Of a stretch of 64,000 bases of DNA, positions 36,716 through 58,079 are shown piece by piece. Each line of letters opens with the position of its first letter. The stretch's first letter is position 1. This DNA comes from Macrostomum lignano (taxonomy: Eukaryota), in contig NIVC01000508.1 of the NCBI GenBank assembly GCA_002269645.1, forward strand, positions 62,001 to 126,000. Reading direction: 5' to 3'. The notes beneath the pieces were generated by a model, which did no database searches, was not told where the DNA came from, and saw only the letters and a program-made list of their open reading frames with translations. The translations under genes were made by a program, and so were the position numbers.

Positions 36716-36785
36716 CTGTCTGTCTGTCTGTCTGTCTGTCTGTCGATCTGTCTGTCTGCCTGCCTGCCTGCCTGCCTGTCTCTTT
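36716..36785. repeat. (TCTG)n/(CCTG)n microsatellite just after the GPCR stop
   Basis: Direct reading. Confidence 0.9.
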
Positions 36786-37471
36786 CAGTGACTGTCTATC
36801 AATCATTTTCTTTGCTTTCAGAAGCAGCGAAGCAAGCAGCTGACTGATCTGATATGATAAATTTCTGACAAATTTAAGAAAACTCTATTTTTACTACTCG
36901 CATCGCACGAGTAGCTGTAGTAGTACTAGCAGTAGATTAGTCGTGCGCAGTGCGCCATAAAAAAACTGACGCAAGCCAAGAGACACAGCGTTTTCAAGCG
37001 CCCCGCATAAAGAAAGGATTCGCTTTGGTTGAAAATTTATTTCAAAATTTCCACCGACTATAACAAAAACTTAATAAGATGAATAATAGTGTGTTGTCAC
37101 GCAAGTTTGAGTGCTCATAAGTCTAGTTTTTTTTATAACCGGCATTTTCAGCCATATTGAGAGAACGATTGTGCAATTGCACACTACTTGATAAATAAGT
37201 AGGCACTATGCAAATTAATGCCGGAATTTAATCCAGCAGCAGCAAGAAACGATTAAACAAAACTTGATTGCATAAAGCATGGAATTGAATCAGCCAGAGA
37301 CGGGTGCAAGAAGTTGTAGAAAAAAAACGGAAATGAAAAATAAATGAAAACAGGTAAATAATCGGAATTGTTGTTGATGCTATGATGTTAAATATATAGT
37401 TTTTCCACTGTTACACGGACATACGAGTTAGTGCATGGGAATGAAACAATAGATTTTGAACCTGATTTCTC

Positions 37472-46709
<9,238 letters not shown>

Positions 46710-47374
46710 ATCTCAGCAGCGAGGACAAGCCGAGTGTATAGATAGATAGAAGCAGAAAAATTCCAAATCTCTGCTGCCTGCGCCGATCGAGTTGCCCTTA
46801 CTCTCTTCTATAAATTTCTGTGGCGCTCGGGGCGGCCGCTCAGACTCGACGCGACGGGCGGGTTGAGGAGGTTGAGGGGGGCGGCGGCGGCCTTGCAGGC
46901 CGTCTGTTGCTAATTTGCTGCCAACTGGGCCGCTCCTCGTCCGCCCCCTCCCCGCCCGCCTCCCCCCCCCCCCGGGTCCGCCTCTGCCCTCCAGAAAGCC
47001 AGGCCAGCCTCTTATCTCAGCTCAGGGTTTGAGCTGTGCAAACAGTTCATATATAATATATAATATATATATAGCTTGTATATTCACCAGAAGGTGGTTA
47101 AGAATCGAACTCGTGACGCTGTGGACAGGTGGGGTTGGGGTGTGACTGTGCCTGTACTGCCGCCACTCCTTACCTCAGCTAGTTCTGTTTCTCGGCGTCA
47201 AAGACTAAAATTCAAGTTGTGCAGCATTTTAAGGTGAAGCGATTAACGCATTAAATAAAATTAAATTGAGGATAGCTTTAGTTGATAATTCAAAATGATA
47301 TCAAATTTGAGTTGCTGGCTTCAAGATTAATTAAGTGTCTGTGAGTTTTAAGACTGCAGTGCCAGGAAACACTG

Positions 47375-47710
47375 GAAAAGTGGCGCCAAGATTGGGAAAG
47401 TGGCGCCAAGATTGGGAAAGTGGCGCCAAGATTGGGAAAGTGGCGCCAAGATTGGGAAAGTGGCGCCAAGATTGGGAAAGTGGAGCCAAGATTGGGAAAG
47501 TGGCGCCAAGATTGGGAAAGTGGCGCCAAGATTGGGAAAGTGGCGCCAAGATTGGGAAAGTGGCGCTAAGATTGGGACAGTGATGGCGCTAAGATTGGGA
47601 CAGTGATGGCACCCAGATTGGGAAAACGGCGCCAAGATTAGGGAATTGGCGTCAAGATTGGCGAATTGGCGCTAAGATTGGGAGAACGGCGCCAAGATTG
47701 GGAAAGTGGC
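47375..47710. repeat. 20-bp minisatellite AAAGTGGCGCCAAGATTGGG
   Basis: Direct reading. Confidence 0.95.
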
Positions 47711-48019
47711 AAAGCATAGATACGATTTTTAAGGATTTAAAAATCCTTAAGGATTTTAATCGCTATGGAATTTTTAAGGCTGATAGAAATTTAAGATTTA
47801 AATCCCAAATCTATTAAATCTGCAATTTAGCATGAGCGCGTTAACTGTATATGATCAATTTTAACACTTTTTAACGGAACACATGAGTGAAAGAATGCGT
47901 GTAGCATTTTGGATGGAGGATATGCAACGGTTACGATTACAGTGCATGCAGTGCATTCTAGTGTAGAATAGTAGGGGTCAATAAAGTAGATAAACATTAA
48001 CAATCACTGAACGATTGCG

Positions 48020-48670
48020 ACTTCAGTGGGATTAGCGCTAATGCTTTAATCCTTCAGTGGGTCACCGCTAATGCTTTAATCCTTCAGTAGGTCACCGCTA
48101 ATGCTTTAATCCTTCAGTAGGTCACCGCTAATGCTTTAATCCTTCAGTGGGTCACCGCTAATCCTTTAATCCTTCAGTAGGTCACCGCTAATGCTTTAAT
48201 CCTTCAGTAGGTCACCGCTAATCCTTTAATCCTTCAGTAGGTCACCGCTAATCCTTTAATCCTTCAGTAGGTCACCGCTAATGCTTTAATCCTTCAGTAG
48301 GTCACCGCTAATCCTTTAATCCTTCAGTGGGTCACCGCTAATGCTTTAATCCTTCAGTAGGTCACCGCTAATGCTTTAATCCTTCAGTAGGTCACCGCTA
48401 ATCCTTTAATCCTTCAGTAGGTCACCGCTAATCCTTTAATCCTTCAGTAGGTCACCGCTAATCCTTTAATCCTTCAGTAGGTCACCGCTAATGCTTTAAT
48501 CCTTCAGTAGGTCACCGCTAATCCTTTAATCCTTCAGTAGGTCACCGCTAATGCTTTAATCCTTCAGTAGGTCACCGCTAATGCTATAATCCTTCAGTAG
48601 GTCACCGCTAATCCTTTAATCCTTCAGTAGGTCACCGCTAATGCTTTAATCCTTCAGTAGGTCACCGCCA
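48020..48670. repeat. 30-bp minisatellite CTTCAGTAGGTCACCGCTAATGCTTTAATC immediately 3' of the beta-propeller gene stop
   Basis: ~21 copies; abuts the TGA at 48676-48678. Confidence 0.96.
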
Positions 48671-48675
48671 GTCCT

Positions 48676-51600
48676 TCAGTCCAGCACAGGGAAGACTCGC
48701 CCAGTCATGAACTGCTTGCCTTTGGTCCGCAGTTCGTCAATCCGCAAGCCGTCAAAGCCGGACAGCTGCAATCGAATAGTTCGATCGTGGGTCTTCTGAG
48801 TCTCCATTCGCTTCTTAAACAAATCGTAGTTCAAGTAGAGAAAGTGCAGGATTTTTCTATCCAATTCGTCCACTAAGACCAGCAGGCCCTGCTGACGGAA
48901 GAAGGTCATGCACAGCGGTTGGCATGGCGACACGATGGTTGCTAAGTCGGCCAAGGTGCCCGTGTCCTCGTCTAGGTAGAGAACGCTCACGCTGTTCTGG
49001 TTGATATTCGTGACGCTGCCGATGAACACCAGGCCAAGGTCGGGGTCGATGGCCAGACCTTTGCCGATCAGCTTGACCACGGGCTCTTCTGAAGTGCAAC
49101 ATTTCATTTCTGTAAGCTTAGATTCCTTTTACTGGTTGGAGGGTTGATCTGAATCAGCTGAGAGCTCTCGCAATGGTTGGAGGGTTGATCTGAATCAACT
49201 GAGAGCTCTCGCACTGGCTGGAGGGTTGATCTGAATCAGCTGAGAGCTCTCGCACTGGCTGGAGGGTTGATCTGAATCAGCTGAGAGCTCTCGCACTGGC
49301 TGGAGGGTTGATCTGAATCAGCTGAGAGCTCTCGCAATGGTTGGAGGGTTGATCTGAATCAGCTGAGAGCTCTCGCAATGGTTGGAGGGTTAATCTGAAT
49401 CAGCTGAGAGCTCTCGCACTGGCTGGAGGGTTGATCTGAATCAGCTGAGAGCTCTCGCACTGGTTGGAGGGTTGATCTGAATCAGCTGAGAGCTCTCGCA
49501 CTGGTTAGAGGGTTGATCTGAATCAGCTGAGAGCTCTCGCACTGGTTAGAGGGTTGATCTGAATCAGCTGAGAGCTCTCGCACTGGCTGGAGGGTTGATC
49601 TGAATCAGCTGAGAGCTCTCGCAATGGTTGGAGGGTTGATCTGAATCAGCTGAGAGCTCTCGCACTGGCTGGAGGGTTGATCTGAATCAGCTGAGAGCTC
49701 TCGCAATGGTTGGAGGGTTGATCTGAATCAGCTGAGAGCTCTCGCACTGGTTAGAGGGTTGATCTGAATCAGCTGAGAGCTCTCGCACTTTGGAAGAGTC
49801 AAATCAGCTTTGATCTGTTGCAATTGCGAGGCATTAAAATGAAACCAACTCAACCCAGAGGACCCAAAGCAGAAATAGCTGCAAGCAAATTAATCATCCA
49901 AACAGCAACAGGAGGCAGAACATACTACTGAATCACTATAGATACTACTAAGTTAAAACTGGGAGGGCTCCATGCAGAGCAAAGCGGTACATTACAGAGA
50001 CACAAGGTGCATGTACAGTATGTGTAAGCAAACACCTGTGAAAATCTCTTCAGAGTGCAGGTGCAACAGCTGCAACACGTGATGCCGGTGTTTGTCCACC
50101 ACGGCGCAGGCGGAGGAAGTGGTCGACGTGACCAGCAGGATGTCGTCTAGGCTGGCGATTTCCGCTGGCTTGAAATTGCGATCGTTTGGCACGCTGAGCT
50201 TGATCAGCTTCTGCGACTCCAGCCTGCGTGTTGGTGGGCGGAGTGGCTGGGAGAGTGACGAGGAGAGTGACGGAGAGAGTGCCAGGGAGAGTGACGGGGG
50301 GAGCGACAGGGGGAGTCACGATGGAGTGACAGAGGGAGTCACGGGGAGAGTGACGGGGGAGTGACGGGAAGAGTGACACGGAAAAGTATGGGGAGACGAG
50401 GAAAGTGACGGGGAGAGTGCCGAGAGGAGTGACGAGAAGAGTGACCAAAGGAGTGACGGGGAGAGTAACACTAGAGTATGGGGAGTGTAACGAGGAAAGT
50501 GACGGGGAGAGTGCCGAGAGGAGTGACGAGAAGAGTGACCAAAGGAGTGACGGGGAGAGTAACACTAGAGTATGGGGAGTGTAACGAGGAGAGTGACGGG
50601 AAGAGTGCCGAGGGAATGAAGAGAAGAATGACCATAAGAGTGACGGGGAGAGTAACGGGGAGAGTAACGGGGAGCATGATTGGTAGAGTGACGAGGAGAG
50701 TGACGGGAAGAGTGACGGAAATTATGACTAGGAGAGTGGCAAGGAGTGACAAGGATAGTTGCCGGAGAGAGTGAAAGTGGAGAGTGACCTACTGTTGAGG
50801 CGGAAGCGGGGCCAGAGAATGGCGGCACAGTGAGATAACGCTAGAAAGTGAGCTGGAATTGCATAACAATGGTGCTCCAATATGCTGAAGGCGGAGATAA
50901 GAGCTTGAATAGAGATGATGCTTTACTAAATACGCACAATACCTTACAGTGTACGAGTTGCGCACACTGCGAGTTTCATTGCACAATACTGCAAATCTTG
51001 CTTTTGGAAATCTTCCGAAACTTAGTCAATATGAGTGCATTAATAATAATATGAATAATGATTTAATAGTCAAATTGATAGTCTAAATGTAAGGTATAAA
51101 TGTGTAAACAAAAAATAGATAAGGAAGCTCGCGGAGCTGAGAAAGCTGAAGAGATAAGAGACTCCATTATTCGGATTAGTGAGCTGGGCATCTGAGACGA
51201 TTCAAGTAAAAACCAAACTAATAGCAGCTAGCCCACCTCCAGCAGTCACGGGTTCGTGTCCCGTGCAAGGGGGGGTTGTTGTTGAGTCTTCGAAATTCTT
51301 ATCAGGACGACCGGCTTTTTAGCACCCCCTCCCCCCTATACCCTTCCCAGTGATTCGAATTTTTTGGCTGGCAGAGTTTAGATGAGCTTGCTGAGCTCGC
51401 TTGTTTACTCACACGACTGCTCAAGAGACACGCGACTTTGAGATATCCCTCCAGCGGCACTGGGGGCGCCGGGAGGGGGGACCTGCCGCAGCTGCGAACT
51501 TGGCTATAGAATGAAACTGCACAACCCTATGATTGGAGCAGGGACTACCATCGCTGGATTAGATGCCTGGACTGGGAAACAGGTTGCAGGGATAAGTAAT

Positions 51601-54600
51601 CAGAGATTTTGTTTAGGTTTAGGGTTAGGGTAGGTTTAGGAGATATTTAAAAGGGGTTAAGGTTAGGTTTGTTAGGGTTTAGGTTAGGGTTTGGGTTAGG
51701 GTTTAGGTTAGGGTTTAGGTTAGGGTTTAGATTAGGGTTTGAGTTAGGGTTTGGGTTAGGGTTTAGATTAGGGTTTGGGTTAGGGTTTGGGTTAGGGTTT
51801 AGGTTAGGGTTTAGATTAGGGTTTGAGTTAGGGTTGTGACGGGTGACGGGGAGAGTGCCGAGAGGAGTGACGAGAAGAGTGACCAAAGGAGTGACGGGGT
51901 TTGGGTTAGGGTTTAGGCTAGGTTTAGGTTAGGGTTTAGATTAGGGTTTGAGTTAGGGTTTAGGTTAGGGTTTAGGCTAGGTTTAGGTTAGGCAGTGAAT
52001 CGTCATATCGACCCAAGAATTCGATAGATCCATGCAGACAGATCTTCACTCCCGGGAGCAGGGGTCAGATGACCCACCGTGACCATCGCTGGAACCAAAA
52101 CATCTGTTCACAAATTTGCAAGACGATAATTTTAACTTCGGGAGTCAACTTCAAGCGGCATAACTAATAACGAAGGATGGGGGAGGTCAACTGACCCCTT
52201 TATCCCCGCCCCCCCCCCGGAATCAGTCACTATAAGATTCAAGGAACAGTCCAGAGTGAACAGAGAAATAAAGGTCCATGAATCCCCGCCTATAGTGTAA
52301 CCAAGCAGGTGTCCTTACTGCCGGCAAACTTAAGATAATAAATATTTCGCTACCAATATTTCTGGCCTCGGAAACAAGAGATTTATTTACTCGTAAATCC
52401 TCGAGATAAAACGGTGACTGTGTCTACAGAGAGAGAATGATGGGGTGGGTGGCCACCCATGAAGTGCCGTGCAGTCAAGTAGCGAAGCCGCTTATCAGTG
52501 TTGCTGGCTGACTGCATGGGCCGGCTGCTCACAGCTGCAGTAATGCTCAACTCATGAGAGACCTCCGGGTGATTTTCCTGTGAGATCGGTGTTTCTTTTA
52601 TTTGAAAAAATTGTAATATTATAGTCTTAAACATAATCTTTAGCTGGCTTGGGGTGGCTATAGCTGGTGGCACAGTCAGTCAGGCAGTCTGGTTCCCATG
52701 CACAAGTTCTCTTCAGGTTCTATAATCCATATTTATCCTTGAGCTTCAGCATTGCAGCAATGGCTTGGTCCCCTGATAATCAGGGGCATATATGGGCCTG
52801 CTGTTGGCCTGTGACAGGAGAGAGTAACAGAGAGAGTGACAGAGAGAGTGACACGAGAGAGTAACGGAATGAGAGTGATAGAGAGAGTGACACGAAATAG
52901 TAACAGGGACAGTGACAGAATAGAGTGACAGGAGAGAGTGACAAAGAGAGTGACAGGAGAGAGTGACAGAAGAGAGTGACAGGAGAGAGTGACAGAAGAG
53001 AGTGACAGGAGAGAGTGACAGAAGAGAGTGACAGGAGAGAGTGACAAGAGAGAGTGATAAACGGAAAATGACAGAGAGAGGGCCAGAATGCAGTATGCCA
53101 GAGGGAGAGAGAGAGTGACAGGAGATAGTGACAGGAGAGAATGACAGGAGAGAGTGACAGGAGAGAGTGACAGGACAGAGTGACAGGAGAGAGTGACAGG
53201 AGAGAGTGACAGGACAGAGTGACAGGACAGAGTGATAGAAGAGAGTGACATGAGAGTAACAGACGGGAGTGACAGGAGACAGTGACAGGAGAGAGTGACA
53301 GGAGAGAGTGACAGGAGAGAGTGACAGGAGAGAGTGACAGGAGAGAGTGACAAGAGAGAGTAACAGAGAGAGTGACAGAGAGAGTGACCGGAGAGAGTGA
53401 CCGGAGAGAGTGACAGAATGAGAAAAGTCAATGGGACAGACTATACCGGATTTAGCAGGGTCAGAAATTCAAAATTTGAGTGCAGGAAATCGGCAAAAAG
53501 TACTCATACAATCCGGTAAAAACTGACCAAGCATCGAAGCGGAAGATGAGCTTCAGGTCGGATTTGTCCACAGCGTAGATCTGGCTGTCCAGCCTGTCGA
53601 AGTACACAAAAGACAGGTAGCAGCCTTGAAAGGTGGGGTTCACCATTCTGTTGGGGCGAGGGAGGGGGGTGGGTGAGGGGCGGTGGGAAGGCTTAAAAAG
53701 AGTATCTACCTCTCACCCTCCCTCCAGTCTCTCTCTCCATCCCTCTCTACCTCTCACCCTCCCTCCAGTCTCCCTCTCCATCTCTCTCTACCTCTCACCC
53801 TCCCTCCAGTCTCCCTCTCCATCTCTCTCTACCTCTCACCCTCCCTCCAGTCTCCCTCTCCATCTCTCTCTACCTCTCACCCTCCCTCCAGTCTCCCTCT
53901 CTATCTCTCTCTACATCTCACCCTCCCTCCAGTCTCCCTCTCCATCTCTCTCTACATCTCACCCTCCCTCCAGTCTCCCTCTCCATCTCTCTCTACCTCT
54001 CACCCCTCCCTCCAGTCTCTCTCTACAGCTCTCTCTACCTCTCACCCCTCCCTCCAGTTTCATCTCATCTCTCTCTCTACATCTCATCTCACTCACTTCC
54101 CAATCTCCATCTCTACCCACAACCCCAGTCTCCTTCTCTCCATCTCCTTCTTTATCTCCCTCATACCCTTATCCAACCTTCTGCATTGGCTCCCGCCGAG
54201 CGGGTAGCAGCTGATGGCCCCATGCCGGCACAGCACAATGTCCACATCGAATTCCCTTGCGATGGTCACGCAGCTCTCGCAGTCGATGTCCAGCATCTTC
54301 ATCGGGCCTCGGTAGGTGCCGGGCCGGTGCGGCGCCTCCCAGATCAGAGTCTGGCTTTTAGGCGCGTCAATCAGCAGGGCCATCTCGCCGCTGTCCAGAC
54401 CCTGCACACAGCGCAGCGGGGCGCCGATCATGGCGTAGTCCAGGTGCTCAACCGGCTCGCCCGAGGCGAAGCTGCACTGGTTGCCTAACAATGCGCCCGA
54501 GATGGCGGAGGACTGCAGGCGGGACTTCTGGTCAAGGCGGATGTAGTCGCCGCTGGTGGTCAGGGGCAGGACGGTGGTCAGGCTGGTGGCCATGAGGTCC

Positions 54601-55382
54601 TGCGAGATGAGGCGTGCATGATGGTCTTTGCTTTCGTTGCTAGCGATGTTGGCACCAATGGAAGGGGTTGCAGCCTATAGTGGTCAGAGCTTCGGACTCA
54701 CGACTTGAAGGTCGGGGGTTCGATTCCCGCTCCCACTGGAACAATTTGTGTCCTTGAGCAAGATATACTTAACTCTGCATTGCTTCAGTTCACCGAGCTG
54801 TAAAATGGGTGCCAGGGTAATTGAGGGTGTGTGGCGACCCCCCAGTGCTTGGACTGAACAGCCGTACGCAGCCTTCAGATGCGCCGCGCAATAGCTGCGG
54901 CTGAGCTGTCGGTTGGACAGCAGGCCCAATTGGGGCAGGTGTAATGTAATCAATTGCTATATTATTAGTATTCATTCCCCATAATGTAAACCCCATTCTA
55001 AGCTTAGGCCATTATTTTAGTGAACCAAAAACACCCCGCAAAGTACAGCGCCGCCAACCTGGCAGTTGACCCTCCGTTTATTGGCCTCGCTGATGTACTT
55101 CAGATAGGTGACGAATGCCAGTCCCCGACGCAGGGTGCCGGTCCCGCCGCAGCTGGCAGACAGCTCGCTGGGCACAAAAGTGGCCAGCACAACCCAGTTG
55201 ACGGCCTGCTCTTTGGTGATGCCGAACGTCAGAGCCGCGGCAGCAGCGGCGCCTACTGGCGTGCCGTAGCCCTGCATTGTGCCTTGCATGGTCCCGCCTG
55301 AAACCGTGGCGCCGCCCATGGTGCCCTGCATTGAACCGCCTGGCGACAGGGAGTTGTTCAGTTTGCCGATTGTGGGAGCCAT
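48676..55382 (-). CDS. Uncharacterised protein with C-terminal beta-propeller-like (NHL/YWTD-type) blades, ~559 aa; complement(join(55059..55382,54167..54674,53510..53624,50793..50903,50036..50223,48676..49109))
   Basis: Exons join in frame (phases 0,1,2,2,1; total 1680 nt) with mostly strong sites (gtatga x2, gtaggt, tttcaag, cgcag, ttacag). Blade-like motifs [14 protein letters not shown] and [26 protein letters not shown]; IGAPL occurs twice. The exon-1 donor (gttggc) is weak. Confidence 0.72.
49133..49790. repeat. 41-bp minisatellite GGAGGGTTGATCTGAATCAGCTGAGAGCTCTCGCACTGGCT
   Basis: ~16 copies; contains the palindromes TCAGCTGA and GAGAGCTCTC. Confidence 0.96.
50250..50790. repeat. Degenerate GAGAGTGACGGG-type repeat (intronic)
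   Basis: Direct reading; includes a 94-bp tandem duplication (50405 and 50499). Confidence 0.9.
51611..51992 (+). repeat. Interstitial degenerate telomere-like (TTAGGG/TTTAGG/TTTGGG) array
   Basis: Runs of GGTTAGGGTTTA/G; interrupted at 51836-51899 by non-telomeric sequence. Confidence 0.85.
52810..53420. repeat. GAGAGTGACAGGA minisatellite (intronic)
   Basis: Direct reading. Confidence 0.92.
53700..54110. repeat. ~40-bp pyrimidine-rich minisatellite CTCTCACCCTCCCTCCAGTCTCCCTCTCCATCTCTCTCTAC
   Basis: Direct reading. Confidence 0.92.
54676..54965 (+). mobile_element. tRNA-derived SINE with a CORE(MIR)-like central domain
   Basis: A-box-like TAGTGGTCAGAGC (54678), B-box GGTTCGATTCC (54717-54727), then TGTGTCCTTGAGCAAGATATACTTAACTCTG...TCAGTT...CTGTAAAATGGGT (54747-54810), which resembles the MIR CORE consensus as I recall it; simple-repeat tail (TGTAA/TATT). 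Confidence 0.8.
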
Positions 55383-55650
55383 GCTTTGAACTGAAGTCAG
55401 TGCAATGTATGATTACGGGCTTGGTGAATCTGAATCAACACATTCATTGGGTAGATTGAATTCTAGATAAAGTGTGAATTCGTTATAGAAGAACCATCCT
55501 TCGCATATGTTATGTGCATTTTTAGCCATAGACTGCTGCATGGACTGCCAGCGTATTATCTGGTCTTGTAAGTTAAAAATGTGAAATTTTACACAAAGAA
55601 TTAAACACGAATTTTATTGTATTAGGTCATAAGCTACAAGCCAGAAGCTT

Positions 55651-56506
55651 CAGGGGTAGGCAAACTGCGGCTTGTGCCAAGCCTCTCTATCCGGGCCTCG
55701 GGTCCTTTGAAACTTCACAATAGCAATCCAATAGCAATTAATAACTCAGGGTTTGTGTCTCTTCTCGGCTCTCTTCTCTCTAATCTCCTCTCTCTAATCT
55801 CTTCTCTCTAATCTCTTCTCTCTAATCTTTTCTATCTAATCTCCTCTCTCTAATCTCCTCTCTCTAATCTCCTCTCTCTAATCTCCTCTCTCTAATCTCT
55901 TCTCTCTAATCTTTTCTATCTAATCTCCTCTCTCTAATCTCCTCTCTCTAATCTCCTCTCTCTAATCTCCTCTCTCTAATCTCCTCTCTCTAATCTCTTC
56001 TCTCTAATCTCTTCTCTCTAATCTCTTCTCTCTAATCTCCTCTCTCTAATCTCCTCTCTCTAATCTCCTCTCTCTAATCTCCTCTCTCTAATCTCCTCTC
56101 TCTAATCTCCTCTCTCTAATCTCTTCTCTCTAATCTCTTCTCTCTAATCTCCTCTCTCTAATCTCCTCTCTCTAATCTCCTCTCTCTAATCTCCTCTCTC
56201 TAATCTCCTCTCTCTAATCTCCTCTCTCTAATCTTTTCTATCTAATCTCCTCTCTCTAATCTCCTCTCTCTAATCTCTTCTCTCTAATCTTTTCTATCTA
56301 ATCTCCTCTCTCTAATCTCCTCTCTCTAATCTCCTCTCTCTAATCTCCTCTCTTTAATGTCTTCTCTCTAATCTTTTCTATCTAATCTCCTCTCTCTAAT
56401 CTCCTCTCTCTAATCTCCTCTCTCTAATCTCCTCTCCTCTCCTCTCCTCTCCTCTCCTCTCCTCTCCTCTCCTCTCCTCTCCTCTCAAAAAAATTGCCAA
56501 CCCCTG
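55651..56506. mobile_element. Probable hAT-type MITE (13-bp TIR CAGGGGT(A/T)GGCAA) carrying a 14-bp TCTCTCTAATCTCC satellite
   Basis: CAGGGGTAGGCAA (55651-55663) vs TTGCCAACCCCTG (56494-56506), 12/13 match; no TSD detected. Confidence 0.55.
55765..56486. repeat. 14-bp minisatellite TCTCTCTAATCTCC ending in (CCTCT)n
   Basis: Direct reading. Confidence 0.96.
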
Positions 56507-57149
56507 CCCCTGAACTAAACGGTTGAATTCACAAACCAGAATCTTCACCAGAATATAAAATTTTCACAGCGTACAGTTTGTGAGAACGCCACTGCACGTA
56601 TTGAGACTTAACAGCTCAATATTCCCAGGAAATGGTCCGTTGGCTTGGCAACACGCATGTAACTCGAACTTCGAACTTCTGTTCGCTGACAGAACTCATG
56701 TAGGTCGAGCAAAACCTGATTCTTGTAAGATAACTCTATATTCCCATGTCCGTGGGAAACACTCACTCGATTGTGGCAATTTCTCTTCCCCGCTAATATT
56801 TTCATAGGCAGATGGACAGACAACACCGGAACAGGAGACGTGTGCTGTGTCAGATCCTTACCGACTTCTGCCCAATCGTTTTGTGGGAAATTAATTAAGT
56901 AGGGGGATTTGGGTCGGGGAACGAGTGGGAGCGGTTGACCAGGGTGGGTGGGAAAGTCCTGCACTGTGTGTGGCTTTTGGCGTCACAGTCTCGTCCCCTG
57001 TCTGCTGCCTACGCCGCCGCCGGAGACTCAGTGACTGTCTGTGAGATGCCGATAAATTCGAAAAGCGCACGGGGATTTGCTAAGGAGTGTATTGTCGAGA
57101 CTCAGTCAAGTCGCTAAATTCAAAAGAAACTGGCTGACCTACCAGACTG

Positions 57150-57800
57150 ACGCCAACCCAGGGCAGTGCCCCCCCAAGGACAGTGCCCCCCAAGGACAGT
57201 GCCCCCCAAGGACAGTGCCCCCCAAGGACAGTGACCCCCAAGGACAGTGCCCCCCAAGGGCAGTGACCCCCAAGGACAGTGCCCCCAAAGGCCGGTGCCC
57301 TCCAAGGACAGTGCCCCTGTCTCTTAGTTTGGCGCCGCCTCTTAGATTGGCGTTCCCATCTCTTAGGTTGGCGTCACTGTCTTTTAGGTTGGCGCCCCTG
57401 TTTTTTAGGTTGGCGCCACTGTCTCTTAGGTTGGCGCCACTGTCTCTTAGGTTGGCGTCACTGTCTCTTAGGTTGGCGCCCTGTTTTTTAGGTTGGCGCC
57501 ACTGTTTTTTAGGTTGGCGCCACTGTTTTTTAGGTTGGCGCCACTGTTTCTTAGGTTGGCGCCACTGTTCTTTAGGTTGGCGCCACTTTCTCTTAGGTTG
57601 GCGCCACTGTCTCTTAGGTTGGCGCCACTTTCTCTTAGGTTGGCGCCACTGTCTCTTAGGTTGGCGCCACTGTCTCTTAGGTTGGCGCCACTGTTTTTTA
57701 GGTTGGCGCCACTGTCTCTTAGGTTGGCGCCCCGGTCTGTAAGGTTGGCGCCCCTTTCTGTAAGGTTGGCGCCCCTGTCTCTTAGGTTCGCACCCCTGTC
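57150..57800. repeat. Compound array: CCCCCAAGGACAGTG then 21-bp TTAGGTTGGCGCCACTGTCTC
   Basis: Direct reading. Confidence 0.94.
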
Positions 57801-58079
57801 TCCTCATGCAGGAGCTGATGTCATTCATAAAGCGCGATAATAGCTCATGGATCTTTCATGCTATTCCATTCCAGTTCCCTCTGTTTAGGCGTCCATGTCA
57901 ATACAAACAGCCTCACTTTGAGCTTCGAGGGGCACAGCGGGTTCTGGTTGGCTGGACTGTCCGCCCTCAACATATCCGACCAAATGCCATCCAATTAAGA
58001 TTCAGCTATTCTAAGCCTATAAAAGTCACGCCAGGCCAATGTTTAGAATTGAAGTTGCTTTTTTCAGACTCAATTGAAA

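Noticed and set aside
47085-51280. Two B-box-like fragments (GAGTTCGATTC on minus at ~47110; GGTTCGTGTCCC at ~51250) as SINEs
   Set aside because: Too short and diverged to define element boundaries by eye.
51611-51992. True chromosome end
   Set aside because: Degenerate, short and embedded in an intron with unique sequence on both sides.
52383-52812. Extra exon of the beta-propeller gene
   Set aside because: The acceptor at ~52809 leads to stops in all frames; the gene joins cleanly 53510->50903 without it. Probably decayed element sequence.
54676-54740. tRNA gene
   Set aside because: A and B boxes are present but there is no cloverleaf acceptor stem, and it continues into a CORE-like SINE body.
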